The notes beneath the pieces are model-generated. The model was not told the origin of the DNA. It made no database searches and saw only the letters and a program-made list of their open reading frames with translations. A stretch of DNA of 23,824 bases from Candidatus Methanomethylophilaceae archaeon. Its GTDB lineage: Archaea; Thermoplasmatota; Thermoplasmata; Methanomassiliicoccales; Methanomethylophilaceae. Position 1 is the stretch's first letter; each line of letters starts with the position of its first letter. A program made the position numbers and the translations under genes. Location: the NCBI GenBank assembly GCA_050944155.1, contig JBMNQN010000015.1, positions 1-23,824 on the forward strand, written 5' to 3'. Below are positions 1 through 8,397 of the stretch, in pieces.

Positions 1-734
1 GACGAGCCGGCGACGCACATGGATATTCCGGATATTATGATGGGTCTGAGCGCAATCCATACGCTTTCTTCCAGATCCGGGCGTATCATTTCGGAATTTT
101 CCAGTATGGTTTCCGCCGAATACAGCGACAGGGCGTAAGCGGAACGGCTGAATTCTTCGTTTCTGAGTCTGTTGGCGAATTCCCAATCTTTGATTGCGGT
201 AAGGTTCGATATGACGTCGGCGCAGCCCGAGGCCAGGAATCTGTAAGGCGCTTTGCATATCACTTCGGTGTCGGCAATCACGCCCAGCGGAGAGTTTGCC
301 GGAATGGACTGGGGGCCCATGTCCATTTTAAGGGTGGCTCTGTCCGAGGCTATGCCGTCGTGGGCCACGTTCGTGGGTATGCTTATGAAAGGTATTCCCA
401 GGTCGTCGGAAGCGATTTTGGAAAGGTCTATTTTGCTTCCTCCGCCCACCGCGAGAATGAAAGTCGCTCCGCATTCTTTGGCGGCGGTTTTCACTTCTTC
501 GAGAGACTTCAGGGTTGCGTTCCCGGTTTTGAGCACGGTAAGGTCGTACCTGTCTTCCATGTACCCTTCTATGGTTTTTCCTGCCGCCCCGTACGTGTTG
601 TTGCCGGTAACCATAAGGCCCGATTTCCCGAACATAAAGGAATCGCAGACGTCGGGAAGCTGATTCAGAACGTTGTGTCCGATCAGTACGCTGCGGGGGA
701 ACTCCATCATTTTGGCCTTGTCGAACGCTTCCAT
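1..734 (-). CDS. egsA: sn-glycerol-1-phosphate dehydrogenase (archaeal lipid backbone); 3' end runs off the window
   Basis: Absent from the ORF track; translated by hand from ATG at 734: MEAFDKAKMMEFPRSVLIGHNVL...AVGGGSKIDLSK...FISIPTNVAHDGIAS...GVIADTEVI...RFLASGCADVISNLTAIKDW...GISMCVAGS. GGG-x-x-ID, PT-x-x-x-HDG and AIKDW are G1PDH motifs. SD AGGTGA lies upstream on the minus strand. Confidence 0.93.
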   Translation of the reverse strand, partial: MEAFDKAKMMEFPRSVLIGHNVLNQLPDVCDSFMFGKSGLMVTGNNTYGAAGKTIEGYMEDRYDLTVLKTGNATLKSLEEVKTAAKECGATFILAVGGGSKIDLSKIASDDLGIPFISIPTNVAHDGIASDRATLKMDMGPQSIPANSPLGVIADTEVICKAPYRFLASGCADVISNLTAIKDWEFANRLRNEEFSRSAYALSLYSAETILENSEMIRPDLEESVWIALRPIIISGISMCVAGS

Positions 735-763
735 TTTACCGTCTCACCTTATGTTCTGAAAGA

Positions 764-770
764 TATAAAA
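764..770. promoter_or_regulatory. AT-rich TATA-like element between divergent egsA and the flavoprotein gene
   Basis: Reads TATAAAA on + and TTTTATA on -, about 23-30 nt from both start codons in a 58-nt intergenic region. Confidence 0.5.
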
Positions 771-792
771 GGAGCGCAGTGAATCGTATGCC

Positions 793-1344
793 GTGGGATT
801 TAAAACATTGGTGATATGCGGATGCGGAAGGCACGAGGGATTCACCTTCGGCATGTGTTCTTCGTTCTCGGAAGAACTTAAGAAAGCGGGTTCGGAAGTT
901 TCCGTTGTCTATCCGATCGATATGAAAATATCGCACTGCACCGGATGCGGCAGGTGCGAAAAAGAAGGAAGGTGCGTAATCCGCGACGACATGGACGCAA
1001 TATACGGAAAGTTCGCGGAAGCGGACGTCGTAGTATTGATTACGCCGGTGCATTTCAGCGGTCCCTCTTCCGTGATAAAGACGGCGATAGACAGATTCCA
1101 GACCGTCTGGTACTCCGGAAGAAAGGGTCCGAAGTACATGGCGGGCATAATGTCCGGAGGAAGTTCCGAACCGTATTTCGCCGGCACCCGCAGAACGTTC
1201 AAAGCTTTGGCGATTACCGCTGGTTCCGAATGGATCGGAGAACTTGAAATCCCGGGAACCGACTCCATGGATCCCGAAGAGGCATCCGCGGAGGCTGAGA
1301 AATTTGCCCGTTACGTCGCCTCTGCCGTCATACGAAAACCATGA
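793..1344 (+). CDS. Iron-sulfur flavoprotein / NADPH-dependent FMN reductase (flavodoxin-like fold)
   Basis: 183 aa, GTG start. Has the Isf-type Cys motif CTGCGRC-x5-C-x3-[15 protein letters not shown] and KTAIDR. Confidence 0.85.
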   Translation: MGFKTLVICGCGRHEGFTFGMCSSFSEELKKAGSEVSVVYPIDMKISHCTGCGRCEKEGRCVIRDDMDAIYGKFAEADVVVLITPVHFSGPSSVIKTAIDRFQTVWYSGRKGPKYMAGIMSGGSSEPYFAGTRRTFKALAITAGSEWIGELEIPGTDSMDPEEASAEAEKFARYVASAVIRKP

Positions 1345-1405
1345 TTGTTGTTTTTGGGAAAACTTAATAGCGTTAATACGGCGATTCGGAACCGAGGTTG
1401 AAACT

Positions 1406-1789
1406 GTGGAAAAGAAAAGAACAGTATACTATTGCAAGAAATGCGGAAAGTATGTCGAGGTCCTCTACCCCGGCAAAGGAACCCTGGTCTGCTGCGGCGA
1501 ACCCATGGAAGCCGTAGAAATGAAAACCGCGGATTTCGCTCTCGAAAAACACGTCCCCTACATAGAGAAGAAAGACGGAGGAGTTCTCGTCAAGGTCGGA
1601 GAGGGCAACCCCCATCCCATGACCGAGGAACACTACATCGTCTACATCGAAATCTGCGCGGACGGAATGATCTACCGCAAGTATCTGAAACCCGGAGACG
1701 CTCCCGAAGCCTTCTTCGAAACGGATGCTTCCCAGATTTCCGCGAGAGAACTGTGCAACAAGCACGGCGTGTGGAAATACACCCAGTAA
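1406..1789 (+). CDS. dfx: Desulfoferrodoxin (2Fe superoxide reductase)
   Basis: N-terminal desulforedoxin motif YYCKKCG...LVCCGEPM, then SOR centre residues EKHVP, HPM-x3-HYI and CNKHG. Start moved to GTG 1406 (same frame as track ORF 1244), after SD GAGGT. Confidence 0.93.
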   Translation: MEKKRTVYYCKKCGKYVEVLYPGKGTLVCCGEPMEAVEMKTADFALEKHVPYIEKKDGGVLVKVGEGNPHPMTEEHYIVYIEICADGMIYRKYLKPGDAPEAFFETDASQISARELCNKHGVWKYTQ

Positions 1790-1799
1790 AATCACAAAC

Positions 1800-1822
1800 C
1801 AAACTTTTTATCAAACTTTTTA
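1800..1822 (+). terminator. Tandem oligo-T terminator-like repeat downstream of dfx
   Basis: CAAACTTTTTA occurs twice (1800-1810 and 1812-1822) just after the dfx stop. Oligo-T tracts act as archaeal terminators. Confidence 0.5.
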
Positions 1823-1858
1823 ACCGATACTTATTTTTCGTGAAGTTTATTTCGGATT

Positions 1859-2158
1859 ATGGCGAGTCAGAGCACGTACAAACCCAAGGCCGATAAGAGA
1901 CACGCAACAATCGCAAAGAGCAAAAGGGACGAAGAAGAGAATCTCAAATCCAGCGTCGCCGCCATCAAAGCAAAAAACAAGGACGTCGTAAAGAAACGCC
2001 GCGAAGAAATCAGGAAAATGCCCAAAGACGAACGTCCGGCTGCGAAAGAGGCTCTGGCAGCCGACATCGCAAAGATGAAAGAGGAAGAAAACGTGGCGCA
2101 GGAAAAATACAAAGCGTACATCAGGGAAAGGAAAGAAAGCGAGGCGCGTTCCCGCTGA
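1859..2158 (+). CDS. Hypothetical small, highly charged Lys/Glu/Arg/Ala-rich helical protein
   Basis: 99-aa ATG ORF filling the intergenic gap, followed by a T-tract. No motif recognised. Confidence 0.7.
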   Translation: MASQSTYKPKADKRHATIAKSKRDEEENLKSSVAAIKAKNKDVVKKRREEIRKMPKDERPAAKEALAADIAKMKEEENVAQEKYKAYIRERKESEARSR

Positions 2159-2209
2159 TTTTTCCCCAATCATTTTATTCGGAAAATATAGAATCGGGGC
2201 GTATTCCGT

Positions 2210-3823
2210 ATGCCGGACGGTAAAAACTTAATCATTCTGCTGTTCACCGCCGTATGCATGATTGCGGCCGGTTCGGTTTTTTACCTGGCAGCGGAAGATA
2301 CCGGCCGTGCGGAATACGACATAATTCTTCCCGAGGACCAGTGCGGTTACGTAATAACCTCGGACAGAACGAAAGTTGCGGACGGCGGTTCGTATAATCT
2401 TACGTACCGATGCAAACTCGGCTACGTCGACGAAGACATGGAGCTGACGATAAATTCCGTGCCTTACGTTTTGGACGGTTCCGGCAGAGTGAAAGTATAC
2501 GGCGCTCACGGAACGCAGACCGTAAAAGTAACGGGAGTCAAAAATCACGAAACACTGAATGTTACCGCGGAAGAAAATCCCGGAATAGAATTGACGGTTC
2601 CCGAGATCGTCCATAAGTAGGAAGGTTACGACATCGTATTTTCCGTAGAACACGGATACACCGTAAAAGACAACACGTTTTTGGTAATCAACGAAGAAAA
2701 GAGGCAGATCAAGAGGTACATCGGAGAAGACGGTTCCGGCGCATTCAGGGTGGAGAAGGCGGAAACGGATCAGAACATTTCCGTGACGAATCTGAATCCG
2801 GAGATATACACGGTGACTTCCGGAACAAACGTCCTCATAGAACTGAAGGGCTCCGGCGTTCCGCCCGGAAATTCGCTGGAGGCAACCGTGGAAGATACGG
2901 TGGTTGCGCATATCGCTCCCGGATACGGCTTTCCCGAAGGTTATTTCGAAAACATCGGAGGTCTGAGAAAACTGAAAGACGGATTCGGAATCGGAGGAAA
3001 TACCGAGTTTCCGTCGGTTTTCAGACTGGAAACCGGAGAGAACGTTCTGGTGAACGGAAAAAGAACTCCGGTAACATTTCTGACTCCCGCCGATTCCGTC
3101 GGTTTGGATGCGGCGGAAGGATATTCCCTGCCGGAGGGAAAAGATTTCTCTGTTTTCGAAAACATCGACGCCGGCGGAGGAAAATACAAGCTGAAAGGCG
3201 ACCAATCCGTTTCGGGTATTTTCAGGGCGGAATTCAGACTGAAATCCGGAGACGTATGCCGCACGGATTACTACTTCGGAGGAGACGGTCTGGTTCTTCC
3301 CGATTCGGAACACGTATGGACGCACGGAAATGGATACGCGATATCCGAAAACGTCTCGGTTTTTGAACGGGAAGCTTATAATGTGACGTTCAGAGGGGGC
3401 ATAAGGGCAATCATCGACGGTGTTTCGCACGATTTCTGGGAAGACACGGTGCTGAATCTGTACAATACGCAGAAAATACGGGTCCGTCCTCCCGTCGACG
3501 ATCCTCTCGCCGAATTTGCCGTGTACGTCCCGATCTGTGCGGAGCGGTTCTACGACGGGGAAGGAACATACTATCAGGTCAGGGGAGAAGCCGAATTCCC
3601 CTCCACGACTGTGGTGAGTTACGATTTCGGGTTCGGCGGAAAGAAAAAAATCCAGTACGTACACACAGGCGGAGAGTATACGCCGATCGAAGCGGAAAGG
3701 GAGAATTACGTGTTCGAGGGGTGGTACTTCGACCCCCTTTTCGAAACCAAATCCGACCCGGTGATTGCCGTCACCGAACCGTCGTATTCTCTTTATGCGA
3801 AATGGTCCGAAAAAAAGACCTAA
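2210..3823 (+). CDS. Surface/adhesin-like protein with N-terminal signal or TM segment and InlB-B / Listeria-Bacteroides-type repeats; in-frame TAG at 2618-2620 (candidate pyrrolysine, residue 137 of 537)
   Basis: Track ORFs 2210-2620 and 2681-3823 share a frame and are separated only by one TAG; the 20 codons between them are open (EGYDIVFSVEHGYTVKDNTF). N-terminus is hydrophobic (LIILLFTAVCMIAAGSVFYL). C-terminus RENYVFEGWY...SLYAKW is a typical Listeria-Bacteroides repeat. Confidence 0.75.
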
Positions 3824-3825
3824 TA

Positions 3826-3833
3826 TTTATATA
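3826..3833 (+). promoter_or_regulatory. Archaeal TATA box of the leu operon
   Basis: TTTATATA matches the archaeal TATA consensus. It predicts a transcription start near 3852-3858, just upstream of the leader ORF. Confidence 0.7.
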
Positions 3834-3872
3834 CGGCAGGTATAATCCTGAATCACCGTCTGAGGTCAGATT

Positions 3873-3917
3873 ATGAACTTCAAGCAGCACGCCGGACTTC
3901 TCCTTCTTAACGAGTGA
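3873..3917 (+). CDS. Leucine-rich leader peptide (leuL-like) MNFKQHAGLLLLNE
   Basis: ATG AAC TTC AAG CAG CAC GCC GGA CTT CTC CTT CTT AAC GAG TGA. It has its own SD (GAGGT, 3862-3866), four consecutive Leu codons (3897-3908), and ends 33 nt before the leuA ATG. Confidence 0.8.
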   Translation: MNFKQHAGLLLLNE

Positions 3918-3968
3918 GTCAGTGGAAGCTGTGACGGTTTGGTGGTTTTTATGAAAACTGAACAAACC
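3895..3968 (+). promoter_or_regulatory. Attenuator-like alternative RNA helices, including a hairpin that sequesters the leuA SD and start codon
   Basis: GGTTTG (3936-41) pairs with CAAACC (3963-68) and TGGTTTT (3943-49) with AAAACTG (3954-60), putting SD GGTGG in the stem and TATG in the loop. Competing helices lie upstream. Pairing done by eye; no energies computed. Confidence 0.6.
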
Positions 3969-5537
3969 AGTGTAAGCGCTGAAGATATGGAGAAAATGCT
4001 GGCAGTAAGTCCTTACAACCATATCGCTCTCGAAGGCACGGGTCATGTACGGGACGTCAGGATATTCGATACCACGCTGAGGGACGGAGAACAGGCCCCC
4101 GGAATAGCCCTGAGTTCCGAAGACAAGATACGCATAGCCGCCGCACTGGACGATCTGGGAGTCGACACGATCGAGGCCGGTTTCGCCGCATCGTCCGATG
4201 CGGAGAAGAATACTCTTTCCGAAATCGCCAGGATGAACCTGAACGCCGAGGTCTGCAGTCTCGCACGCTGCGTCAAAGGAGACATAGACGCAGTTCTGGA
4301 CACCGGACTGGGTTCCATGCACACGTTCATCGCGACTTCCGATCTGCACATGAAATACAAACTGAAGATGTCGCCCGAACAGGTGAAAGACAAAGCCGTT
4401 ACCATGGTGGAATACGCCAAGGACCACGGCCTGAAAGTTCAGTTCTCCTGCGAAGACGCAACCCGCAGCGACATGGATTTCATGAAAGACGTTCTCGCGG
4501 CCGTACAGGATGCCGGCGCCGATTCGATCAACATTCCCGATACCGTGGGAGTCATCATACCCAAAGCGATGTCCCACATAGTGAAAGAAGTGAAAACCGT
4601 GGTTAAGGTCCCCATATCGGTCCACTGCCACAACGACATGGGACTGGCGGTGGCCAACACCATGGCCGCCGTGGAAGCGGGAGCGACGATATGCCACGTG
4701 TGCGTCAACGGAATCGGAGAACGTACCGGAAATGCAGCTCTGGAAGAGGTCGCTCTGAACCTGTTCGCCAACTACGGCGTCCAGACTGTGGATCTGTCCA
4801 AAATAGGACAGACATCCAAGCTGGTGGAAAGGATAACCGGATTCCCCGTAGCCTACAATAAACCCATCGTGGGACGCAACGCGTTCGCACACGAGTCGGG
4901 AATCCACGTCCACGGAATCATGAATAACACGGCCACCTACGAGCCCTTCCTGCCCGAATTGGTGGGCGTGAACAGGCGCATAGTCATCGGCAAACATTCC
5001 GGGGTCCACTCCGTCCAGGGAAGACTGGACGCTCTGGGCATAAAGGTCCCGGAAGAACGCATGGACGAACTGATGGCTTCCGTCAAAGAAATTGCGGTGG
5101 GCGGAAAAGAGATCGACGACGACGAACTGGTAACGATAGCGGACCACGTAATGTGGAAAGATGCCCCCGACGAACACTCGGTAAAATTGGAAGAGTTCGC
5201 GGTTTTCACTGGGAAAGATATAACATCAACCGCCACTGTCACCGTGGACATCGCAGGCGACAGGAGAACCGTTTCCGAAACGGGAGTGGGTCCGGTGGAT
5301 GCGTCCATAAAGGCCATAAGGAAAGCCGTGAACGAACACATGTCCATGGAAGAATACAGGCTGAACGCCATAACGGGAAAGAGCGACTCCATATGCGAAG
5401 TCACCGTCATGGTGAAGAACGTCTGCGGAGAGGGAGGTCTCTCCGTGGGCAAAGCCGTGGGACTGGATATCGTGGAAACGTCCGTGGATGCAACGATGGC
5501 CGCCATCAACAAGGATTACGCCAAACAGAGGAAATGA
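3951..5537 (+). CDS. leuA: 2-isopropylmalate synthase
   Basis: Motifs DTTLRDGEQ, HCHNDMGLA, GIGERTGN and AFAHESGIH, plus the C-terminal regulatory domain (GVGPVDA). First gene of leuACDB, preceded by a Leu leader. Start placed at ATG 3951 after GGTGG; ATG 3987 is possible. Confidence 0.85.
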   Translation: MKTEQTSVSAEDMEKMLAVSPYNHIALEGTGHVRDVRIFDTTLRDGEQAPGIALSSEDKIRIAAALDDLGVDTIEAGFAASSDAEKNTLSEIARMNLNAEVCSLARCVKGDIDAVLDTGLGSMHTFIATSDLHMKYKLKMSPEQVKDKAVTMVEYAKDHGLKVQFSCEDATRSDMDFMKDVLAAVQDAGADSINIPDTVGVIIPKAMSHIVKEVKTVVKVPISVHCHNDMGLAVANTMAAVEAGATICHVCVNGIGERTGNAALEEVALNLFANYGVQTVDLSKIGQTSKLVERITGFPVAYNKPIVGRNAFAHESGIHVHGIMNNTATYEPFLPELVGVNRRIVIGKHSGVHSVQGRLDALGIKVPEERMDELMASVKEIAVGGKEIDDDELVTIADHVMWKDAPDEHSVKLEEFAVFTGKDITSTATVTVDIAGDRRTVSETGVGPVDASIKAIRKAVNEHMSMEEYRLNAITGKSDSICEVTVMVKNVCGEGGLSVGKAVGLDIVETSVDATMAAINKDYAKQRK

Positions 5538-5538
5538 A

Positions 5539-6792
5539 ATGGGAAAAACAATCGCAGAGAAGATACTTTCCGAGAAATCCGGCACCGATGCCCGTGCCGG
5601 TCAGATAGTCGTGGCCGAAGTCGATTACGTTATGGTAAACGACGTAACCGGGCCGATAGCCTTCAGGGAATTCGAGAAACTCGGCACCGACAAGATTTAC
5701 AGAAACCGCCTGGTTCTCATTCCCGACCACTACGTCCCCAACAAGGACATTCTTTCCGCCGAACAGGCCAAGGAAATGAGGGAATTCGCGTCGAAACACG
5801 ATATAAAGAACTACTACGAAGTGGGAAAAGGCGGAGTGTGCCACCAGGTCATGGTCGAAGAAGGATTCGCGGCTCCCGGAAGACTCATAGTCGGAGCGGA
5901 TTCCCACACATGCACGTACGGCGGAATCAATGCGTTCTCCACGGGAATAGGTTCAACGGAAGCATGCGCCGCGTTTGCGACGGGACGTCTCTGGTTCAAA
6001 GTTCCAGAAACGATCAAAGTGGAACTCACCGGAAAATTCAGAAAGAACGTGGGCGGCAAAGACCTGATAATCAAAATAATTACGGATATCGGAGTGGACG
6101 GAGCCAACTACAAAGTGCTGGAATTCCACGGACCCGGCGTAGCCAACGTTCCCGTTTCCGACAGACTTACGGTTTCTAACATGGCAATCGAAGCCGGTGG
6201 AAAAGCCGGAATATTCCCCTGCGATAAGCTGACCGAAGAATACATCAAAGACACGGCAAAGGGAGAGTGGAAAGCCGTTTCCGCCGATCCCGATGCGGAA
6301 TACTGCATGACGCTGAAGTACGATTTAAGCGAGATAGTTCCCATGGTCGCCTACCCCCACCTTCCGGAGAACGGAAGGCCGGTCAGCGAAGCCGACGTGA
6401 AAATAGACCAGGCTTATCTCGGTTCGTGTACGAACGGACGCATAGAGGACATGAGAATCGCTGCCGAAGTGATCAAAGGAAGGAAAGTCGCCGACGGAGT
6501 GAGGTTCCTCGTGGTTCCCGCATCCCAGAAAGTGTTCAGACAGATGATTGACGAAGGAATAACCCAGACTTTCCTGGATGCCGGCGCGTTCGTGTCCGGA
6601 CCCACCTGCGGAGCCTGTCTCGGAGGATACATGGGTATCCTCGCGGCGGGAGAGAAAGCGGTTTCCTCCACCAACAGAAATTTCATAGGAAGGATGGGCG
6701 ACAAGGCTTCGGAAGTCTATCTCGCCGGTCCCGCGGTGGTTGCGGCTTCCGCAGTGGCGGGGAAAATAGTGACCCCGGAACAGCTGGAGTGA
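5539..6792 (+). CDS. leuC: 3-isopropylmalate dehydratase large subunit
   Basis: MGKTIAEKIL start; GVCHQ, GADSHTCTYG, GSCTNGR, CGACLG and STNRNF aconitase-family motifs. Start moved to ATG 5539. Confidence 0.9.
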   Translation: MGKTIAEKILSEKSGTDARAGQIVVAEVDYVMVNDVTGPIAFREFEKLGTDKIYRNRLVLIPDHYVPNKDILSAEQAKEMREFASKHDIKNYYEVGKGGVCHQVMVEEGFAAPGRLIVGADSHTCTYGGINAFSTGIGSTEACAAFATGRLWFKVPETIKVELTGKFRKNVGGKDLIIKIITDIGVDGANYKVLEFHGPGVANVPVSDRLTVSNMAIEAGGKAGIFPCDKLTEEYIKDTAKGEWKAVSADPDAEYCMTLKYDLSEIVPMVAYPHLPENGRPVSEADVKIDQAYLGSCTNGRIEDMRIAAEVIKGRKVADGVRFLVVPASQKVFRQMIDEGITQTFLDAGAFVSGPTCGACLGGYMGILAAGEKAVSSTNRNFIGRMGDKASEVYLAGPAVVAASAVAGKIVTPEQLE

Positions 6793-6796
6793 TAGA

Positions 6797-7276
6797 ATGG
6801 ACGCAATCAAAGGAAAAGTATGGAAGTTCGGAGACAACGTTGATACCGATCAGATAATACCGGCGGAACGTCTGGTTTCCGGCAATCTGGGACATCTCAA
6901 TGATTTCATTTTCGAGAAGGTCAGGCCGGGCTTTGCGCAGGAAGTGAAAAAGGGAGACATCATCGTGGCGGGAAAGAATTTCGGATGCGGATCTTCCAGA
7001 GAACACGCTCCCCTCTCGCTGATTCAGGCCGGGGTCGCGTGCGTGATTGCGGAGTCTTTCGCCCGCATATTCTACAGAAATTCGATGAACATCGGACTGC
7101 TGCTCGTCGAATGCAAGACCGATATTAAAGAAGGAGACATTATCGAAGTGCGCCCGGACGACGGGAAAGTCATTGCCGGAAAAAAGATTTACACATTCCC
7201 CCAGTATCCTCCGTTCATCAGCGAGATGGTCAAAGCCGGAGGGCTTATGAATCTGGTAAAGGAGGGCAGACTGTGA
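6797..7276 (+). CDS. leuD: 3-isopropylmalate dehydratase small subunit
   Basis: GDNVDTDQIIP, AGKNFGCGSSREHA and SFARIFYRN motifs. Confidence 0.9.
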   Translation: MDAIKGKVWKFGDNVDTDQIIPAERLVSGNLGHLNDFIFEKVRPGFAQEVKKGDIIVAGKNFGCGSSREHAPLSLIQAGVACVIAESFARIFYRNSMNIGLLLVECKTDIKEGDIIEVRPDDGKVIAGKKIYTFPQYPPFISEMVKAGGLMNLVKEGRL

Positions 7277-8397
7277 AACATCTGGCTATTATTCCCGGAG
7301 ACGGAATAGGAAAAGACGTCATCGACGCGGGCATCGAGGTTCTGGACGCCGTATCGGAGATATCCACTTTCGATTACGACGGAGAAGTTTTCGACATCGG
7401 AGCGGAAAGGTACCTGAGAACAGGAGAGCTTCTCACCGACGAAGACATCGACAGTCTCAGAAAGAAAGACGCGGTATACTTCGGAGCCATAGGCGACCCG
7501 AAGGTTAAACCGGGCATACTGGAACAGGGCATTCTTCTCAAAATGAGGGCGGTCTTCGACCAGTACATAAACATGAGGCCGGTCACTTCCTGGTTCCCCT
7601 TCGTTCCCCTCAAGAGGGAAGTCCCGTTCAGCATGACGTTCCTGAGAGAGAACACCGAAGACTTCTACATGGGAGCCGGAGGAAAGTTCGGTCCCTCTGC
7701 CGGAGGAAAGAAATCCCGCATCAGGGTGAAAAGGGAACTTTACGATCTGGACGTAAAGATAGAAGCGGACGCTTCCGACGACGACGATTTCGCGTTCGAA
7801 ATAGGATTCCTCTCCCGCAGGGGAGTGACCAGATTCGCCGATTACGCATGCAGGTTCGCCCTCTCCAGAGGAGAGGACAAAGTGACTCTTGTCGACAAAG
7901 CCAACGTGATTACGGGAATGTACGGCATGCAGAGGGAAATATTCTCCGAAAAGGCCGAAGAGTACGGATTGGATCTGGAATTCATGTTCGTGGACGCCAT
8001 GGCGATGGCCATGATCGTCCGTCCCGAAACCTTCGGAACCGTAGCGGTACCCAACCTTTTCGGCGATATACTGACGGACCTGGGTGCACAGATCCAGGGA
8101 GGTCTGGGTATGGGATGCAGCGGAAACATTAATCCCGACGGACTGAGCATGTTCGAACCCATACACGGGTCCGCTCCCGACATAGCCGGAAAAGGCATAG
8201 CCAACCCCATAGCGGCAATCCTTGCGGCGCAGATGCTTCTCGAAGACCAGGGATACCCCGGCGAAGGAAAGATGATTCACGCGGCGGTTTCCGAATGTCT
8301 CAAGGAAAACAAAACCACCCCCGACCTGGGAGGAAAACTCACGACCAAACAGGTGGGAACGGCGGTGGCCGAGAAGATTCTCGCCGGGAAAAACTGA
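7273..8397 (+). CDS. leuB: 3-isopropylmalate dehydrogenase
   Basis: IPGDGIG, RENTED, DKANV, NLFGDILTD and FEPIHGSAPDIAGKGIANP motifs. GTG start overlaps the leuD stop (GTGA). Confidence 0.88.
   Translation: MKHLAIIPGDGIGKDVIDAGIEVLDAVSEISTFDYDGEVFDIGAERYLRTGELLTDEDIDSLRKKDAVYFGAIGDPKVKPGILEQGILLKMRAVFDQYINMRPVTSWFPFVPLKREVPFSMTFLRENTEDFYMGAGGKFGPSAGGKKSRIRVKRELYDLDVKIEADASDDDDFAFEIGFLSRRGVTRFADYACRFALSRGEDKVTLVDKANVITGMYGMQREIFSEKAEEYGLDLEFMFVDAMAMAMIVRPETFGTVAVPNLFGDILTDLGAQIQGGLGMGCSGNINPDGLSMFEPIHGSAPDIAGKGIANPIAAILAAQMLLEDQGYPGEGKMIHAAVSECLKENKTTPDLGGKLTTKQVGTAVAEKILAGKN

Noticed and set aside
1244-1405. N-terminal extension of desulfoferrodoxin in the track ORF
   Set aside because: It overlaps the upstream gene and its T-tract/promoter region. 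The domain starts at GTG 1406 after a good SD.
2210-3823. Two separate genes (136 aa and 380 aa), as in the ORF track
   Set aside because: Same frame with a single TAG between them, the repeat unit spans the stop, and the second ORF has only a TTG start with no SD.
7680-7790. Apparent insertion in LeuB (GKFGPSAGGKKSRIRVK...DDDD) as an intein or mobile insert
   Set aside because: Too short, no Cys/Ser...His-Asn splice motifs, and the frame is intact; more likely a lineage-specific arm extension.
3951-8397. Calling the operon citramalate (cimA) or homocitrate/coenzyme B (aks) genes
   Set aside because: The synthase keeps the C-terminal regulatory domain, the small-subunit loop is RLVS rather than the YLRT type I recall for homoaconitase, and the leader is Leu-rich. 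Promiscuous use of LeuCD/LeuB in isoleucine synthesis is not excluded.
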